Of a stretch of 64,000 nt of DNA, positions 1 to 9,875 are shown piece after piece (position 1 is the stretch's first letter; each line of letters begins with the position of its first letter). The stretch covers positions 1,472,001 through 1,536,000 of the forward strand of contig CAXXVZ010000003.1 in assembly GCA_963678065.2 (NCBI GenBank). The letters are read 5' to 3'. The notes below the pieces were generated by a model that searched no databases, had not been told where the DNA came from, and worked only from the letters and a program-made list of their open reading frames with translations. A program made the translations under genes and the position numbers. Source of the DNA: Treponemataceae bacterium (GTDB lineage: Bacteria > Spirochaetota > Spirochaetia > Treponematales > Rectinemataceae).

Positions 1-310
1 CGCTCGCCATGCCCATGAAGAGGCTCGACAGCGATATGATCGACGCGACCGAGATGTCGATATCCCCGAGGAGGATGACGAACATCATCGGCATGGCGAT
101 GATGGCCTTCTCGATGAAATTGAAGGTCGTGTCGAAGAGGTTCACGACATCGAGGAAATAGGGCGACAGGGCCGTGTTGACCGCGCAGACAGCTATGAAG
201 ATGAAGAACAGCATCGTCTCCCAGCGGAGGAGAAAATCGGCGAGCTTCTGCGCAGGGCTGAGCGTGGTGAGCCTGGCCTCGTCGACCAGGGTGCTTTCGG
301 GCCGGCTCAT
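1..310 (-). CDS. rhaQ: Rhamnose-type sugar ABC transporter permease (N-terminal part; 3' end runs off window)
   Basis: ATG at 310 overlaps the stop of the upstream permease (ATGA). Translation MSRPESTLVDEARL...LLRWETMLFFIFIAV...GDIDISVAS is typical of RbsC-family permeases. Confidence 0.75.
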   Translation of the reverse strand, partial: MSRPESTLVDEARLTTLSPAQKLADFLLRWETMLFFIFIAVCAVNTALSPYFLDVVNLFDTTFNFIEKAIIAMPMMFVILLGDIDISVASIISLSSLFMGMAS

Positions 311-1281
311 GCGATTCTCCTTGCGGCGAGCTTGCGCTGTTTGCTCCGGGAAAGAAGGACGTTGACGATGACCGCCGTCAGGATGATGAAGCCCTGGATG
401 GCCATCTGATAGAAGGGCGACATTCTGAGGACAGGGAGGGCGTTGTTGACGACCCCGAGGAAAAGGGAGCCGAGGACAACGCCGAGCACGGTCCCCGAGC
501 CGCCCGAGATGTTCACGCCGCCGAGGACGCTCGCCGCGACCGTCTGCATCTCGAAACCGACTGCAGTCTCGCTCTGCGCGATGCCGTAGCGCGACACGTA
601 GAGCAGCCCCGCGAGACCCGAGAGGATGCCGGCCGCGACGAAGACGAGGATGTCGACCTTGCGCTCGCTCACCCCGGCGAATCTCGCCGCCGTCTTGTTC
701 CCGCCTATCGCGTAGATTTCGCGCCCGGAGCGGGTCAGCTTCATGAAGACCCAGGCCACGACAACGACAAGGAGGGTGATCCACAGCATGCCCGGAGCTC
801 CCAGAACCGGAGTATCGGGGATACGCCTGAAGCTCTCCGTCATCTCGTTGGCGGTGACCCACTGCCCCTTCGAGACGAGGAAGACGATGCCGCGGTAGGC
901 GCTCATGGTTCCCAGGCTGGCGATCATAGGAGGAAGGCCTCCGAATCCGACGAGGAGGCCCGAGATGAGGCCGAGGACGGCTCCCAGGCCGAGGCTCATC
1001 GGGAGGTAAAGCCAGGCGGGTATGCCGGGAATGAACTGGTTCATCATGGCGGTGACCATGCCCACGAGGGCCATGGTGGACGCGACCGAGAGGTCGATGC
1101 CACCGATGAGGATGACCGCGAACTGTCCGAGGGCGACGATGATGAGAATGCAGGAGTCGACGAGGATTCCCGAAAGGCTCTTGGGCGCTATGAATCCGGG
1201 CGCGCGCAGGGAGACCGCGAGCGTCATGAGGACGATGAGAATGGCGAGGGGGACTTCCTTGCTCTTGAAGAACTTTTTCAT
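307..1281 (-). CDS. rhaP: Sugar ABC transporter permease (RbsC family)
   Basis: Multi-TM protein with GGIDLSVAS, GREIYAIGGN and ASVLGGV..GG.G motifs; in an operon with the ATPase and binding protein. Confidence 0.8.
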   Translation of the reverse strand: MKKFFKSKEVPLAILIVLMTLAVSLRAPGFIAPKSLSGILVDSCILIIVALGQFAVILIGGIDLSVASTMALVGMVTAMMNQFIPGIPAWLYLPMSLGLGAVLGLISGLLVGFGGLPPMIASLGTMSAYRGIVFLVSKGQWVTANEMTESFRRIPDTPVLGAPGMLWITLLVVVVAWVFMKLTRSGREIYAIGGNKTAARFAGVSERKVDILVFVAAGILSGLAGLLYVSRYGIAQSETAVGFEMQTVAASVLGGVNISGGSGTVLGVVLGSLFLGVVNNALPVLRMSPFYQMAIQGFIILTAVIVNVLLSRSKQRKLAARRIA

Positions 1282-2861
1282 GCGCGTCCTCCGGGCTTTT
1301 TCGTGCGGGCCTTGGCAGGAACCGCGCCGGCTGCATCGGCGGCGCGAGTCACATCGCTACGGGGAGCGCTTTCAGCGCTTCCCGTAGCGGCCATGATCAC
1401 CTTCTCTTCGGTCGCGTCGGCGCGGTCGAAGGCGGCGGCTATCCTGCCCTCGTGCATTACGATGATGCGGTCGGACATGCCGAGTATCTCGGGCAGTTCC
1501 GACGAAATCATGATGATGGACATGCCCCCTTCGGCGAGCTCCGACACGAACTCGTGCACCGCGGCCTTCGTCCCGACGTCGATACCCTTGGTAGGCTCGT
1601 CCAGAATGAGGATCGAGGGTTTTGTCGCGAGCCACTTGGCGAGGACGACCTTCTGCTGGTTGCCGCCCGAGAGAGTCGCAGCCTCCACTTTCCAGCCGGC
1701 CGAGCGGATCTCCATCTTCTTGCCGTACTCTTCGGTGAGGGCCGCTTCGGCCCCGTCATTGCGGAATCCGGCCCGCCCGAGGCTGCCCACCTGAGGCAGG
1801 GTGATGTTGTGCGAGATGCTCATCGGAAGGACGAGGCCCTGTCCCTGTCTGTCCTCGGGCACGCATGCCAGCCCCAGTCTGAGGGCCTCGCGCGGATTCG
1901 CTATCCGGACAGTCCGTCCCTTCAGCCTGATCCTGCCCGAATCCAGCGGGTCGACGCCGATGAGGGCCCTGATAACCTCGCTGCGCCCGGCCCCCACGAG
2001 GCCGAACATGCCCAGGATCTCGCCCTTGTGGAGTGTGAAGGACACGTCGCGGAAGCTCGAGCCCTGGCAGAAGCCCTCGACCTCGAGAACGGGCTCGCCG
2101 ATCGTGGCCACATGTTTGGGGAACATCTGCGTGAGAGGCCGGCCCGCCATCATCTGCACGAGCGCGTCCAGCGTGACGTCTTTCACGAGACCGGAGCCGA
2201 TGTACTTCCCGTCGCGGAGCACGGTGTAGGAATCGCAGATCGCGAAGATCTCGTCGAATTTGTGCGAGATGAAGAGGATGGCCTTCCCTTCGGCCTTGAG
2301 CTGACGGATGATCCTGAAAAGGTCTTCCGTCTCGCGCATGGACAGGGCGCTCGTCGGCTCGTCCATGATGACGAGGCGGGCATCCATGGAAAGAGAGCGC
2401 GCGATCTGGACGAGGTGGCGCTGGGCGACGGAGAGTTCGATCACGAGAGCCTCCGGGTCCACCGGAAGCTCGAGGCGCGCGAGAAGCTCCACGGTCTTCG
2501 CCCTCATGCCGGCCCAGTCGAGGAGTCCGCTTTTCTTCCGCAGAAGATGGCCGGAAAAAATGTTTTCAGTGATCGAAAGTTCGGGGAACATGATGGCTTC
2601 CTGGTGGATCGCCGCTATGCCCTCGTTCTGGGAATCGACGGGGGAGCGGAAATCCCGCTCCACTCCCTCGAAGACGATGCGGCCCGCCGTCGGTCGGTAC
2701 ACACCGGTCAGGACCTTCACGAGCGTCGATTTGCCCGCCCCGTTCTCGCCGATGAGGGCGTGGACTTCGCCCGGGCGCATCGAAAAATCGACCCCGTCGA
2801 GGGCCTTGATGCCGGGGAAATATCTGCACAGTCCCCGCATCTCGAGTATGTTCGTTTCCAC
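1278..2861 (-). CDS. rhaT: Sugar ABC transporter ATP-binding protein (two ABC domains)
   Basis: GENGAGKST, LSGGNQQK and DEPTKGIDVG motifs. Probable GTG start at 2861 after GGGAG; the ORF track extends too far upstream. Confidence 0.85.
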   Translation of the reverse strand: METNILEMRGLCRYFPGIKALDGVDFSMRPGEVHALIGENGAGKSTLVKVLTGVYRPTAGRIVFEGVERDFRSPVDSQNEGIAAIHQEAIMFPELSITENIFSGHLLRKKSGLLDWAGMRAKTVELLARLELPVDPEALVIELSVAQRHLVQIARSLSMDARLVIMDEPTSALSMRETEDLFRIIRQLKAEGKAILFISHKFDEIFAICDSYTVLRDGKYIGSGLVKDVTLDALVQMMAGRPLTQMFPKHVATIGEPVLEVEGFCQGSSFRDVSFTLHKGEILGMFGLVGAGRSEVIRALIGVDPLDSGRIRLKGRTVRIANPREALRLGLACVPEDRQGQGLVLPMSISHNITLPQVGSLGRAGFRNDGAEAALTEEYGKKMEIRSAGWKVEAATLSGGNQQKVVLAKWLATKPSILILDEPTKGIDVGTKAAVHEFVSELAEGGMSIIMISSELPEILGMSDRIIVMHEGRIAAAFDRADATEEKVIMAATGSAESAPRSDVTRAADAAGAVPAKARTKKPGGRA

Positions 2862-2926
2862 GTGAGGAAGCTCCCTGGCGCAGGGCGCCGCGCCGTGCGG
2901 AAAACCGCGCCGTTTCAAATGAAGAT

Positions 2927-2966
2927 CAAAAAAAATGCGGGCCGGCAGCCACGGCAGCCGGCCCGC
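2927..2966 (-). terminator. Stem-loop with U-tract between the binding-protein and ATPase genes
   Basis: GCGGGCCGGC-loop-GCCGGCCCGC followed by a T-run on the minus strand. Confidence 0.65.
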
Positions 2967-2979
2967 TCTCACTTCCGGA

Positions 2980-3981
2980 TCAGAACATCTTCGCGAACTT
3001 GGCGACGTTTTCCTTGGTGAACACGAAGGGGACGCCCATGACGGTGTTGCCGTCCTTGCCGATGGTGATGGTGCCCATGCGTCCGGCCTTGACGACATCG
3101 CCCTCGTTGCCCTTCACGTCGCCCTTGATGAGGGCGTAGGTGATGTAGGTGGAGGCGTAGCCGAGGTCGATCGGGTTCCAGAGGGCGAACTTGCGGCAGA
3201 TATCCTTCTCGACGTAGTACTTCATCTCGGAGGGAAGACCGAGGCCGGTGAGCTCGACTTTGCCCTTGAGACCCTTGTCCTCGATGGCTTTTCCGGCTGC
3301 GGCGACGCCGACAGTGGTCGGGGAGATGATGCCGCGGAGGTTGGGATAGGACTCGAAGAGGCCGAGGGCTTCGCGGTAAGACTTGTCGGAGAGATCGTCG
3401 CCGTAGACGGTCGCCACGAGCTTCATGGCGGAGTATTCGGGTTTCTTGAGCTCTTCCTTCATCCAGCCGATCCATGCGTTCTGGTTCGTGGCCTGGCTGG
3501 TGGCGGAGAGGATGGCGATCTCGCCCTTCTTGCCGATGAGTTCAGAGATGAGCTGGACCTGCTGACGCCCGATGAGCTCTTCCTTGGAGGGAACGAGGTC
3601 GACGAGGCGGCCGCCCACGTTGATGCCGGAGTCGAAGGAGATGACCTTGATTCCCGCCTTCATGGCTTTCTTGGTGATGGGAATGAGGGCGTCGCGGTCG
3701 TTGGCGGAGATGGCGATGCCGTTCACATGCTGGGCGATGAGGCTGTCGATGATCTCGATCTGGCCTTCAGCCGTGGGGGTGGAGGGACCCTGGTAGATGA
3801 TGTCGACGCCGGAGAGATCCTTGGCCGCCTCCATGCCGCCGTCGCGGACTGCCTCGAAGAATCCGTTGCCGAGATTCTTGACGACGATGGCGATCTTGAT
3901 CCTCTGCTGGGCGAAAGCCGATCCGGTCGCGAATACGGCGAGCACGAGGACGAGTGCGAGAATGCGCGATGCTTTCTTCAT
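2980..3981 (-). CDS. rhaS: Rhamnose ABC transporter substrate-binding protein
   Basis: Signal peptide; KNLGNGFF, PTAEGQI, ATNQNAW, YGDD and ALWNPIDLGY motifs resemble RhaS. Confidence 0.8.
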   Translation of the reverse strand: MKKASRILALVLVLAVFATGSAFAQQRIKIAIVVKNLGNGFFEAVRDGGMEAAKDLSGVDIIYQGPSTPTAEGQIEIIDSLIAQHVNGIAISANDRDALIPITKKAMKAGIKVISFDSGINVGGRLVDLVPSKEELIGRQQVQLISELIGKKGEIAILSATSQATNQNAWIGWMKEELKKPEYSAMKLVATVYGDDLSDKSYREALGLFESYPNLRGIISPTTVGVAAAGKAIEDKGLKGKVELTGLGLPSEMKYYVEKDICRKFALWNPIDLGYASTYITYALIKGDVKGNEGDVVKAGRMGTITIGKDGNTVMGVPFVFTKENVAKFAKMF

Positions 3982-4091
3982 TGAAAAAGCCTCCTTCCTA
4001 AAGATGTGTGCGAAGAAAGTATCGGGCCAATTTCCGGAACGCGGAATGCCGCGGATCTACGCCCGGAGTGGGACGAATCTACGATTTCTCT

Positions 4092-4781
4092 TCAGCCCCG
4101 CGAATCCGAGGGGTACTCCCCCGTCACCTCGCGGTACTTGCGCGAAAAGTGTCGCACGTCCGAATACCCGACGGCCCTCGCAGCCTCGGCCACGGAGAGC
4201 CCCTTTTCGCGGAGGAGCCGCCTCGCGTGCTCCATCCTGATTTTCCCGAGGTAAGCGCTGAAGGTCATCCCGAGTCTCAGGTGGAAGAGCGACGAGAGGT
4301 AGTTCGGCGTGAGCCCCGAGATGTCCGCGAGGTCGGATATGCTGACGTCGGCGTTGAAGTTTCGGTCTACATGCTCGAGGAGAGGACCGAGGATGGGATC
4401 GTTGCGCGGCGATTCGGGCGAAAGGCCGAGTCCGGTCAGGCAGCGGGCAAGGTCCTGGGGGCTCACGGGCTTCACGAGGTACTCGGTGACGCCGAGCCTT
4501 ATGGCGCTGCGCGCGTACTCGAACTCGGCGAAGCTCGACACGATGACCCACACGGTGTCCGGCGAAATAACCTTGCACCGCGCTATGGCCTCGAGTCCGT
4601 CCATGCCCGGCATGCGGATGTCGACGAATCCGAGCCGGGGTTTCGACGCCGCGGCAAGGTCGACGAGTTCGCGGCCGTCGCGGGCCTCGGACATCTCGGC
4701 CTCGGAAAATCCGGCCTCCGCGAGCATGCTCTTCAGCATGAAGCGGGCGGGCCTCTCGTCGTCCGCGATGATCATTCTCAT
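4092..4781 (-). CDS. Response regulator, receiver + AraC HTH (compact YesN-like)
   Basis: MIIADDE, VDIRMPGMDG and YLVKP receiver motifs; C-terminal AraC (VGYSDVRHFSRKY). Start overlaps the kinase stop. Confidence 0.85.
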   Translation of the reverse strand: MRMIIADDERPARFMLKSMLAEAGFSEAEMSEARDGRELVDLAAASKPRLGFVDIRMPGMDGLEAIARCKVISPDTVWVIVSSFAEFEYARSAIRLGVTEYLVKPVSPQDLARCLTGLGLSPESPRNDPILGPLLEHVDRNFNADVSISDLADISGLTPNYLSSLFHLRLGMTFSAYLGKIRMEHARRLLREKGLSVAEAARAVGYSDVRHFSRKYREVTGEYPSDSRG

Positions 4782-6778
4782 GATTCGCCCTCTCTGCCTT
4801 CGAGCGGGCCTTGTCCGGTCTGGGAAGCCGGGATGCGGATGGTGGCACAGAAACCCTTCCCGGGCCCCCCGTCCAGTTCGAGCGCGGCCCCCGAGTACAG
4901 GATATCGAGCCTCTCCCGTATGTTGGCCAGCCCCACCCTCGACTTCGAAGAGAGTTCGTCGGGATCGCATCCCCTCCCGTCGTCCCTGACCCGGATGACG
5001 AGGAAACTCCCCTCTATCCGGGCTTCGACATCGAGGCGCCCCGGGCCTGGTCTGGGTTCGAGCCCATGAATGTAGGCGTTCTCCACGAGGGGCTGGACGA
5101 TGAGCTTGGGAATGCGGATGTCGGCCGCCTCGGGATCGAAGCGGAAGTCGGCCGCGAACCTGTCGTCGAAGCGGAGCCTCTGGAGCTCGCAGTACCGGGA
5201 CAGGAAGTCGAACTCCTCCCTGACTCTGGTCCATCTCATGTGCTCGAGCGTGTATCGCAGCATATCTTTGAGCGCGAAGAGAGAATCCTCCAGCCTCTTC
5301 TTCTCGCCCATCCGGTTGAGGGCCGCGAGGCCGGTGAGGACATTGTACAGGAAGTGCGGGCGGATCTGCGCCTGCAAGGCCTCGAACTCCGCGTCCCGCC
5401 GCGTGGAGAGGGCGGCGTAGGCCATCACGTTGTCGATCACCTGTGCGGCGTAGTCCGCGCTGGCAGTCAGGCGCGCGACTGCCAGATCGGTGAAGATCTC
5501 GCTCTTCCGTGCGAAGAGGCAGAATCCCGCGAGCCGCTTTCTGACCGCGAGGGGTACAATCACGAGGGAGCGCAGGGCAGGATCGAGGCTGAAGGCCTCA
5601 GGGTCGAAGCCCTCGGCCCGCAGGTCCTTGACCACGGTGGAGGAATCTCCGCCGCAAAGAAGCCCTCCGAAGCTCCCGCTCTCCCGCTCATCGCCGACAG
5701 ACCAGTCCGGGAAGGGAAGGAATCCGGCGCAGGCGCCCAGCACGAAGCTCCGTGGCCGCTCGGACGCGGATTCCCCCTGCTGAACAGAGTCCGGCTGCGC
5801 GAGGAAGATCGAGGCGCTCTCGGTCCCTCCCTCCCGGAGAAGGGCCTCGGTCACGAGTCCGAGGATGTGATCGAGGTCGGGATCGTCCGGGATGGCCTCG
5901 TTGACGTCCTTGAGCAGTGTCGGAATCGACTCGACATTCCGTTTCACGTCGCAGGCGAGAGCGCCGAATGCACTGGCGAGCGCGGAGAGTTCGTCCTTTC
6001 CGTGCACGGGAATGCTGAGGGAGAAATCCCCCGCCGCGACCCGTCCGATCGCCGCGTCGAGAAGCCTGATGTTCTCGAGGATTCCCCTCGTGAGGAAAAA
6101 AACGGCGATCACCGTGGAGGATCCAAGAAGGAGGACGAGGAGGGAAAAAAGGAGGATCATCGTGTCCTGCATGACCCTGGCCTGCTTCTGGAGTCCCGTG
6201 ACGAAGCGGTTCAGGTATCCCTCGAAGACATTGGTCAGGAAGAAGGAAGCCTCGCGCAGCTCGCCGAAAATGCGGTAAACCGACTCGTCCTTGCTCGCCT
6301 GGACTAAGGTGTAGAGGTCCCCGTTTCCCGGATAGTCGCTCCGGAGCCGTTCCACGAGGAGGGAGAGGTCTCCGAGTTTGGCGAAAGCCTTCGCGCTCAG
6401 AGGAACGGCGATCTCGTAGGCGACCTTGAGTTCCTCGTCCCGAAGCATGCCCCGCACGGCCGGGTCGCGCATGAACGCATCGTATTCGGCCCGGAAAGTC
6501 CTCACCTCGTCGATCCACTCCTTGTCGGTCACAAGCGAGCGGGGAGAGAGCACCGATTCGCGGAGATACTGGTAGCTGCGCGGCGTGAAGAGGTCGAAGA
6601 CGACATCCTTGAGGAGGCTGTGCACGCGCCGGGAGCGGGCGATGAGGCGGACGCCCTGGTCCACTGACTCGTTGACCTGCCCTACCCGCGCGAAAGTCCA
6701 GAGGGAGAGCCCGGACAAAGCGACAAAGCTGGCCAGCTCAATGAGAAGGACAGCGAAAAACTTGGTTCGGATCCGCAT
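4778..6778 (-). CDS. Sensor histidine kinase (YesM/LytS family; HAMP + GAF-like)
   Basis: Two TM segments, HAMP, ALQAQIRPHFLYN and QPLVENAYIHG motifs. Confidence 0.85.
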   Translation of the reverse strand: MRIRTKFFAVLLIELASFVALSGLSLWTFARVGQVNESVDQGVRLIARSRRVHSLLKDVVFDLFTPRSYQYLRESVLSPRSLVTDKEWIDEVRTFRAEYDAFMRDPAVRGMLRDEELKVAYEIAVPLSAKAFAKLGDLSLLVERLRSDYPGNGDLYTLVQASKDESVYRIFGELREASFFLTNVFEGYLNRFVTGLQKQARVMQDTMILLFSLLVLLLGSSTVIAVFFLTRGILENIRLLDAAIGRVAAGDFSLSIPVHGKDELSALASAFGALACDVKRNVESIPTLLKDVNEAIPDDPDLDHILGLVTEALLREGGTESASIFLAQPDSVQQGESASERPRSFVLGACAGFLPFPDWSVGDERESGSFGGLLCGGDSSTVVKDLRAEGFDPEAFSLDPALRSLVIVPLAVRKRLAGFCLFARKSEIFTDLAVARLTASADYAAQVIDNVMAYAALSTRRDAEFEALQAQIRPHFLYNVLTGLAALNRMGEKKRLEDSLFALKDMLRYTLEHMRWTRVREEFDFLSRYCELQRLRFDDRFAADFRFDPEAADIRIPKLIVQPLVENAYIHGLEPRPGPGRLDVEARIEGSFLVIRVRDDGRGCDPDELSSKSRVGLANIRERLDILYSGAALELDGGPGKGFCATIRIPASQTGQGPLEGREGES

Positions 6779-6836
6779 CGGATGGTCAGTATAGCATGAT
6801 CCCGCTGCAGGGGTATCCTGCGACTGCCTGGATCAA

Positions 6837-7688
6837 CTACCTTGCAGTGCAGGTGCGCGGTATGAGACCCGCTTCCGGGTCACGGCTGTCAATCCTGCGG
6901 GCACTCTTCCCCGCCGATTCCGCAAAGGCCCCGGGGACTGTCTGGACGCCGAAGTCCACACCGAAGGCGCGGGCAAGTTTTTCGGCGGTCAGAATTTCGC
7001 GAGGATCGCCCCTCTCCACACTTTTTCCCTTCTCTCCGTTTCGACCACTTCCCATCAGCGCGACTTCGTCCGCGAGGTATCCCGCGAGAGCCACATCGTG
7101 CGTAGTAAACAGGATGGCTTTTCCTGTCGCCGCGAGGCGTATGAGAGTGTCGGCCACCTGACGCGCGTTGGCGGGATCGAGCATGGAAGTCGGCTCATCG
7201 AGGAGAAGAATGGCCGCTTCCTGGGCGAGGCATCGGGCGAAGCGCAGGAGCTGGAACTCGCCGCCGGACAGTTCTCCGGCTGGCCTGCCGGCATATTCCG
7301 AAAGTCCGAGCCCGTCGAGGGCCCGGCGGGCGGCGAAGTAATCCGCCTCGCCCGGCATGGAGAGCGGATGGACATGAGGAGCCCGCCCCAAAAGAACAAA
7401 ATCGAGACAGCTGTAATTGAAGGCGAGCTTTTCGAACTGTGGCAGGACGGCTATTTTTCTCGCGAGCGCAGGTCTCCCGATTGTTTCGAGAGGTATGCCA
7501 TCCAGCAGCACTTTCCCCGACGCGGGGCGCAGACGCCCGGAGGCGAGCCCAAGCAAGGTCGTCTTCCCCGCTCCGTTGGGTCCGAGAATGGCGGAAATCT
7601 GCCCCGAGGAGATACCGATGCTCACAGCAGACAGAATTTCTGGCCGCCCCGGGCGCGAAAAAGATACGGAATCGAGCTCGAGGGTCAT
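6837..7688 (-). CDS. Iron-siderophore/B12-family ABC transporter ATPase
   Basis: GPNGAGKTT, LSGGE and LLDEPT motifs; ATG 7688 overlaps the permease stop. Confidence 0.85.
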   Translation of the reverse strand: MTLELDSVSFSRPGRPEILSAVSIGISSGQISAILGPNGAGKTTLLGLASGRLRPASGKVLLDGIPLETIGRPALARKIAVLPQFEKLAFNYSCLDFVLLGRAPHVHPLSMPGEADYFAARRALDGLGLSEYAGRPAGELSGGEFQLLRFARCLAQEAAILLLDEPTSMLDPANARQVADTLIRLAATGKAILFTTHDVALAGYLADEVALMGSGRNGEKGKSVERGDPREILTAEKLARAFGVDFGVQTVPGAFAESAGKSARRIDSRDPEAGLIPRTCTAR

Positions 7689-8821
7689 CGCGAAAGCTCC
7701 GTCCGGCGCAAAAGAAGGAGCCCCGCGAATCCGCAGGCTCCGGCCAGCGAGGTGAGGATGCCGAGCGGGACCTCGCCCGGAAAGAGGCTGCGGGAGAGTC
7801 CGTCGCAGGCGAGGACGAAGATGCCGCCGAGCAGCATGGAGAAGGGGATAGACGAGCGCCCGTCCGGCCCTTTCAGAATGCGCGCCGCGTGTGGAACGAC
7901 GAGCCCGACCCAGGACACGATGCCGCACAGCGCGGTCATGACAGCCACTCCCGCTGTCGCGGCGACGATGATGAGGCCCCGCTCGAGTTCAGTCCGGGAG
8001 CCGAGAGCCCGTGCCGCGTCCTCGTCAAGGGAGAGGAGGTTCGCCCTCCAGCGCATCGCGAGCATGGCGGCGATCGCGAGGCCCGCCACGGGAAGTCCCG
8101 CGAGAAAACGCGGCCAGTTCATGGTGGTGAGGCTTCCCATGGTCCAGAAGGTTATGTCAGGCAGCTGGGAGAGGGGATCGGCGAGGTATTTCATCGCGGC
8201 GAGCAGCGACGAGAAGAAGGCCGAAACCGCGAGCCCGGCGAGAACGAGCCGGAGAACCTGCCCTCCGAAACGGAAACGGCGGGCGAACCACAAGGTGGCC
8301 GCGAGCGCCGCCATCGCGAAGGCAAAAGCCGATCCGGCGACTGCCGCGGGCAGCGTTGCCCCGGCCACGAGAGCGAGCGCCGCGCCGAAGGCCGCCCCCT
8401 GCGAGACGCCGAGAAAGCCAGCCTCGACCAAAGGATTTCCGAACACGGTCTGGAAAGTCGCTCCCGCTCCCCCGAGGACAGCTCCGAGAAGGAGGGCGCC
8501 GAGTCCGCGAGGCAGACGGATCGAAAGGAGAATGCGGCTCGAAGTCGCGTCCGACAGCAGCGAGGGAAGCCAGACGAAGCCCGGTCGGGGGTAGCGGCCG
8601 GCCATGAGGTAGGCGACAAAGACCAGACATGCGAAGAGGAGGCAGACCGCCGGACTCGCGGCCCTGCCCCACCAGGATGTTTCCGGAACGGCCACTCCAT
8701 GCCCCGATGTCTCGGTCCTCGCCACCCCCGGCCTCGCCGTTTCCGGCCTCGCCGTTTCCGGCCTCGCCGTTTCCGGCCTCGCCGTTTCCGGCCTCGCCGT
8801 TTCCGGCGGCTCAGTCGGCAT
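7685..8821 (-). CDS. FecCD/BtuC-family permease with N-terminal PETAR repeats
   Basis: IRLPR, FGNPLV..G.LGVS.GA and WVGLVVPHAAR motifs. Confidence 0.85.
   Translation of the reverse strand: MPTEPPETARPETARPETARPETARPETARPGVARTETSGHGVAVPETSWWGRAASPAVCLLFACLVFVAYLMAGRYPRPGFVWLPSLLSDATSSRILLSIRLPRGLGALLLGAVLGGAGATFQTVFGNPLVEAGFLGVSQGAAFGAALALVAGATLPAAVAGSAFAFAMAALAATLWFARRFRFGGQVLRLVLAGLAVSAFFSSLLAAMKYLADPLSQLPDITFWTMGSLTTMNWPRFLAGLPVAGLAIAAMLAMRWRANLLSLDEDAARALGSRTELERGLIIVAATAGVAVMTALCGIVSWVGLVVPHAARILKGPDGRSSIPFSMLLGGIFVLACDGLSRSLFPGEVPLGILTSLAGACGFAGLLLLRRTELSR
8731..8805. repeat. 15-bp tandem repeat x5 (GCCTCGCCGTTTCCG)
   Basis: Five perfect copies plus degenerate flanking copies; encodes (PETAR)n in frame. 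Confidence 0.95.
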
Positions 8822-9842
8822 AGTCCCCGGCGAGCCTCGGGGCGATCAGCGTGGAGAAGCGGGCGGCGTCGATGCCATAGCAGAACGAGAAGAAAGTCTC
8901 AGCCTGCGCGCGCATGGAGAGGTCGGTGAATAGTTCCGGATGCAGGCGCTTCGCGACCCACTGCAGGCCGAGGATCCAGCGCGTGTCAGGCTGATCCCAG
9001 GAATAGAAATCCTGGGGAAATCCGGCCACCCTCCCCGCTTTCACGGCCGCGAGCCCCGCGAACCTCGCGTCGGACGAGAGGACCCTTGCGGCCTTTTTCG
9101 AGTCCTCCCGGTAGGCGATGACGAGGATGAGGTCGGGATTCCAGGCCAGGATCTGCTCAGGTCCGACCTTCGCCCATCCCGCTCCCGGGTTGGCGTCCTT
9201 CCAGACGGGAATCCCTCCGGCCCTTTCGACGAGGATGGTCTGCATCCAGGACGCCGGCGGCACCTCGAAACTGCCTCCTGACTGGCTCTGTGCCTGAAGG
9301 ACGAGGACGCGGGGTCGCGAAGCCGCGGGGATTGTCGCGACACGCCTGGTCACGGACGCGAGGCTCTCCTTGTAAAAGGCCACGAGGGCTTCAGCCCTCG
9401 ACCTGTCCCCGAAAACCTCCCCGAGGGAGCGGATTTCGGAGAAGTAATCCTCCGGCGTCTCCAGATCCATGTAGAGCTGCTTTATGCCAAGGCTTTCGAG
9501 CCCAGACGCGAGGGCCTTCTTCATCGAGCTTTTCAGGATAACGAGGTCGGGCTTGAGCGCGGCGTAGGTCTCGACGCCCGCCGCCCTATCCAGCGAGGGT
9601 TTGGCGGAAAATCCTGAATCGAGGGCGCCGAGAAAAACGCCCATTCCCTGATCGGCGGCGGCCACGGCGACAACCCTGTCGCGCGCCTGGGGAAAGAGAT
9701 AAGCCGCGTCGGCCACCATGAGGACCGCTTTACCTCCCAGCACTATGCGCGACGGGAGGGCGGAAACAGCTCCGGCGGACAGCAGCGCGAGGGCGAGAGC
9801 AAGAATGGAAGACAGGCGAAACACAGAGAATGACCGTTCCAT
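8811..9842 (-). CDS. Iron/B12/molybdate-family (class III) periplasmic binding protein
   Basis: Signal peptide; E...ALKPDLVI and EQILAWNPDLI motifs. Confidence 0.8.
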   Translation of the reverse strand: MERSFSVFRLSSILALALALLSAGAVSALPSRIVLGGKAVLMVADAAYLFPQARDRVVAVAAADQGMGVFLGALDSGFSAKPSLDRAAGVETYAALKPDLVILKSSMKKALASGLESLGIKQLYMDLETPEDYFSEIRSLGEVFGDRSRAEALVAFYKESLASVTRRVATIPAASRPRVLVLQAQSQSGGSFEVPPASWMQTILVERAGGIPVWKDANPGAGWAKVGPEQILAWNPDLILVIAYREDSKKAARVLSSDARFAGLAAVKAGRVAGFPQDFYSWDQPDTRWILGLQWVAKRLHPELFTDLSMRAQAETFFSFCYGIDAARFSTLIAPRLAGDYAD

Positions 9843-9875
9843 GGATGAAAGGATAATCGATACCGGGAGACGGGG

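Noticed and set aside
8731..8805. Repeat array as a possible CRISPR
   Set aside because: Contiguous 15-bp units with no spacers, in frame within a CDS, and no cas genes.
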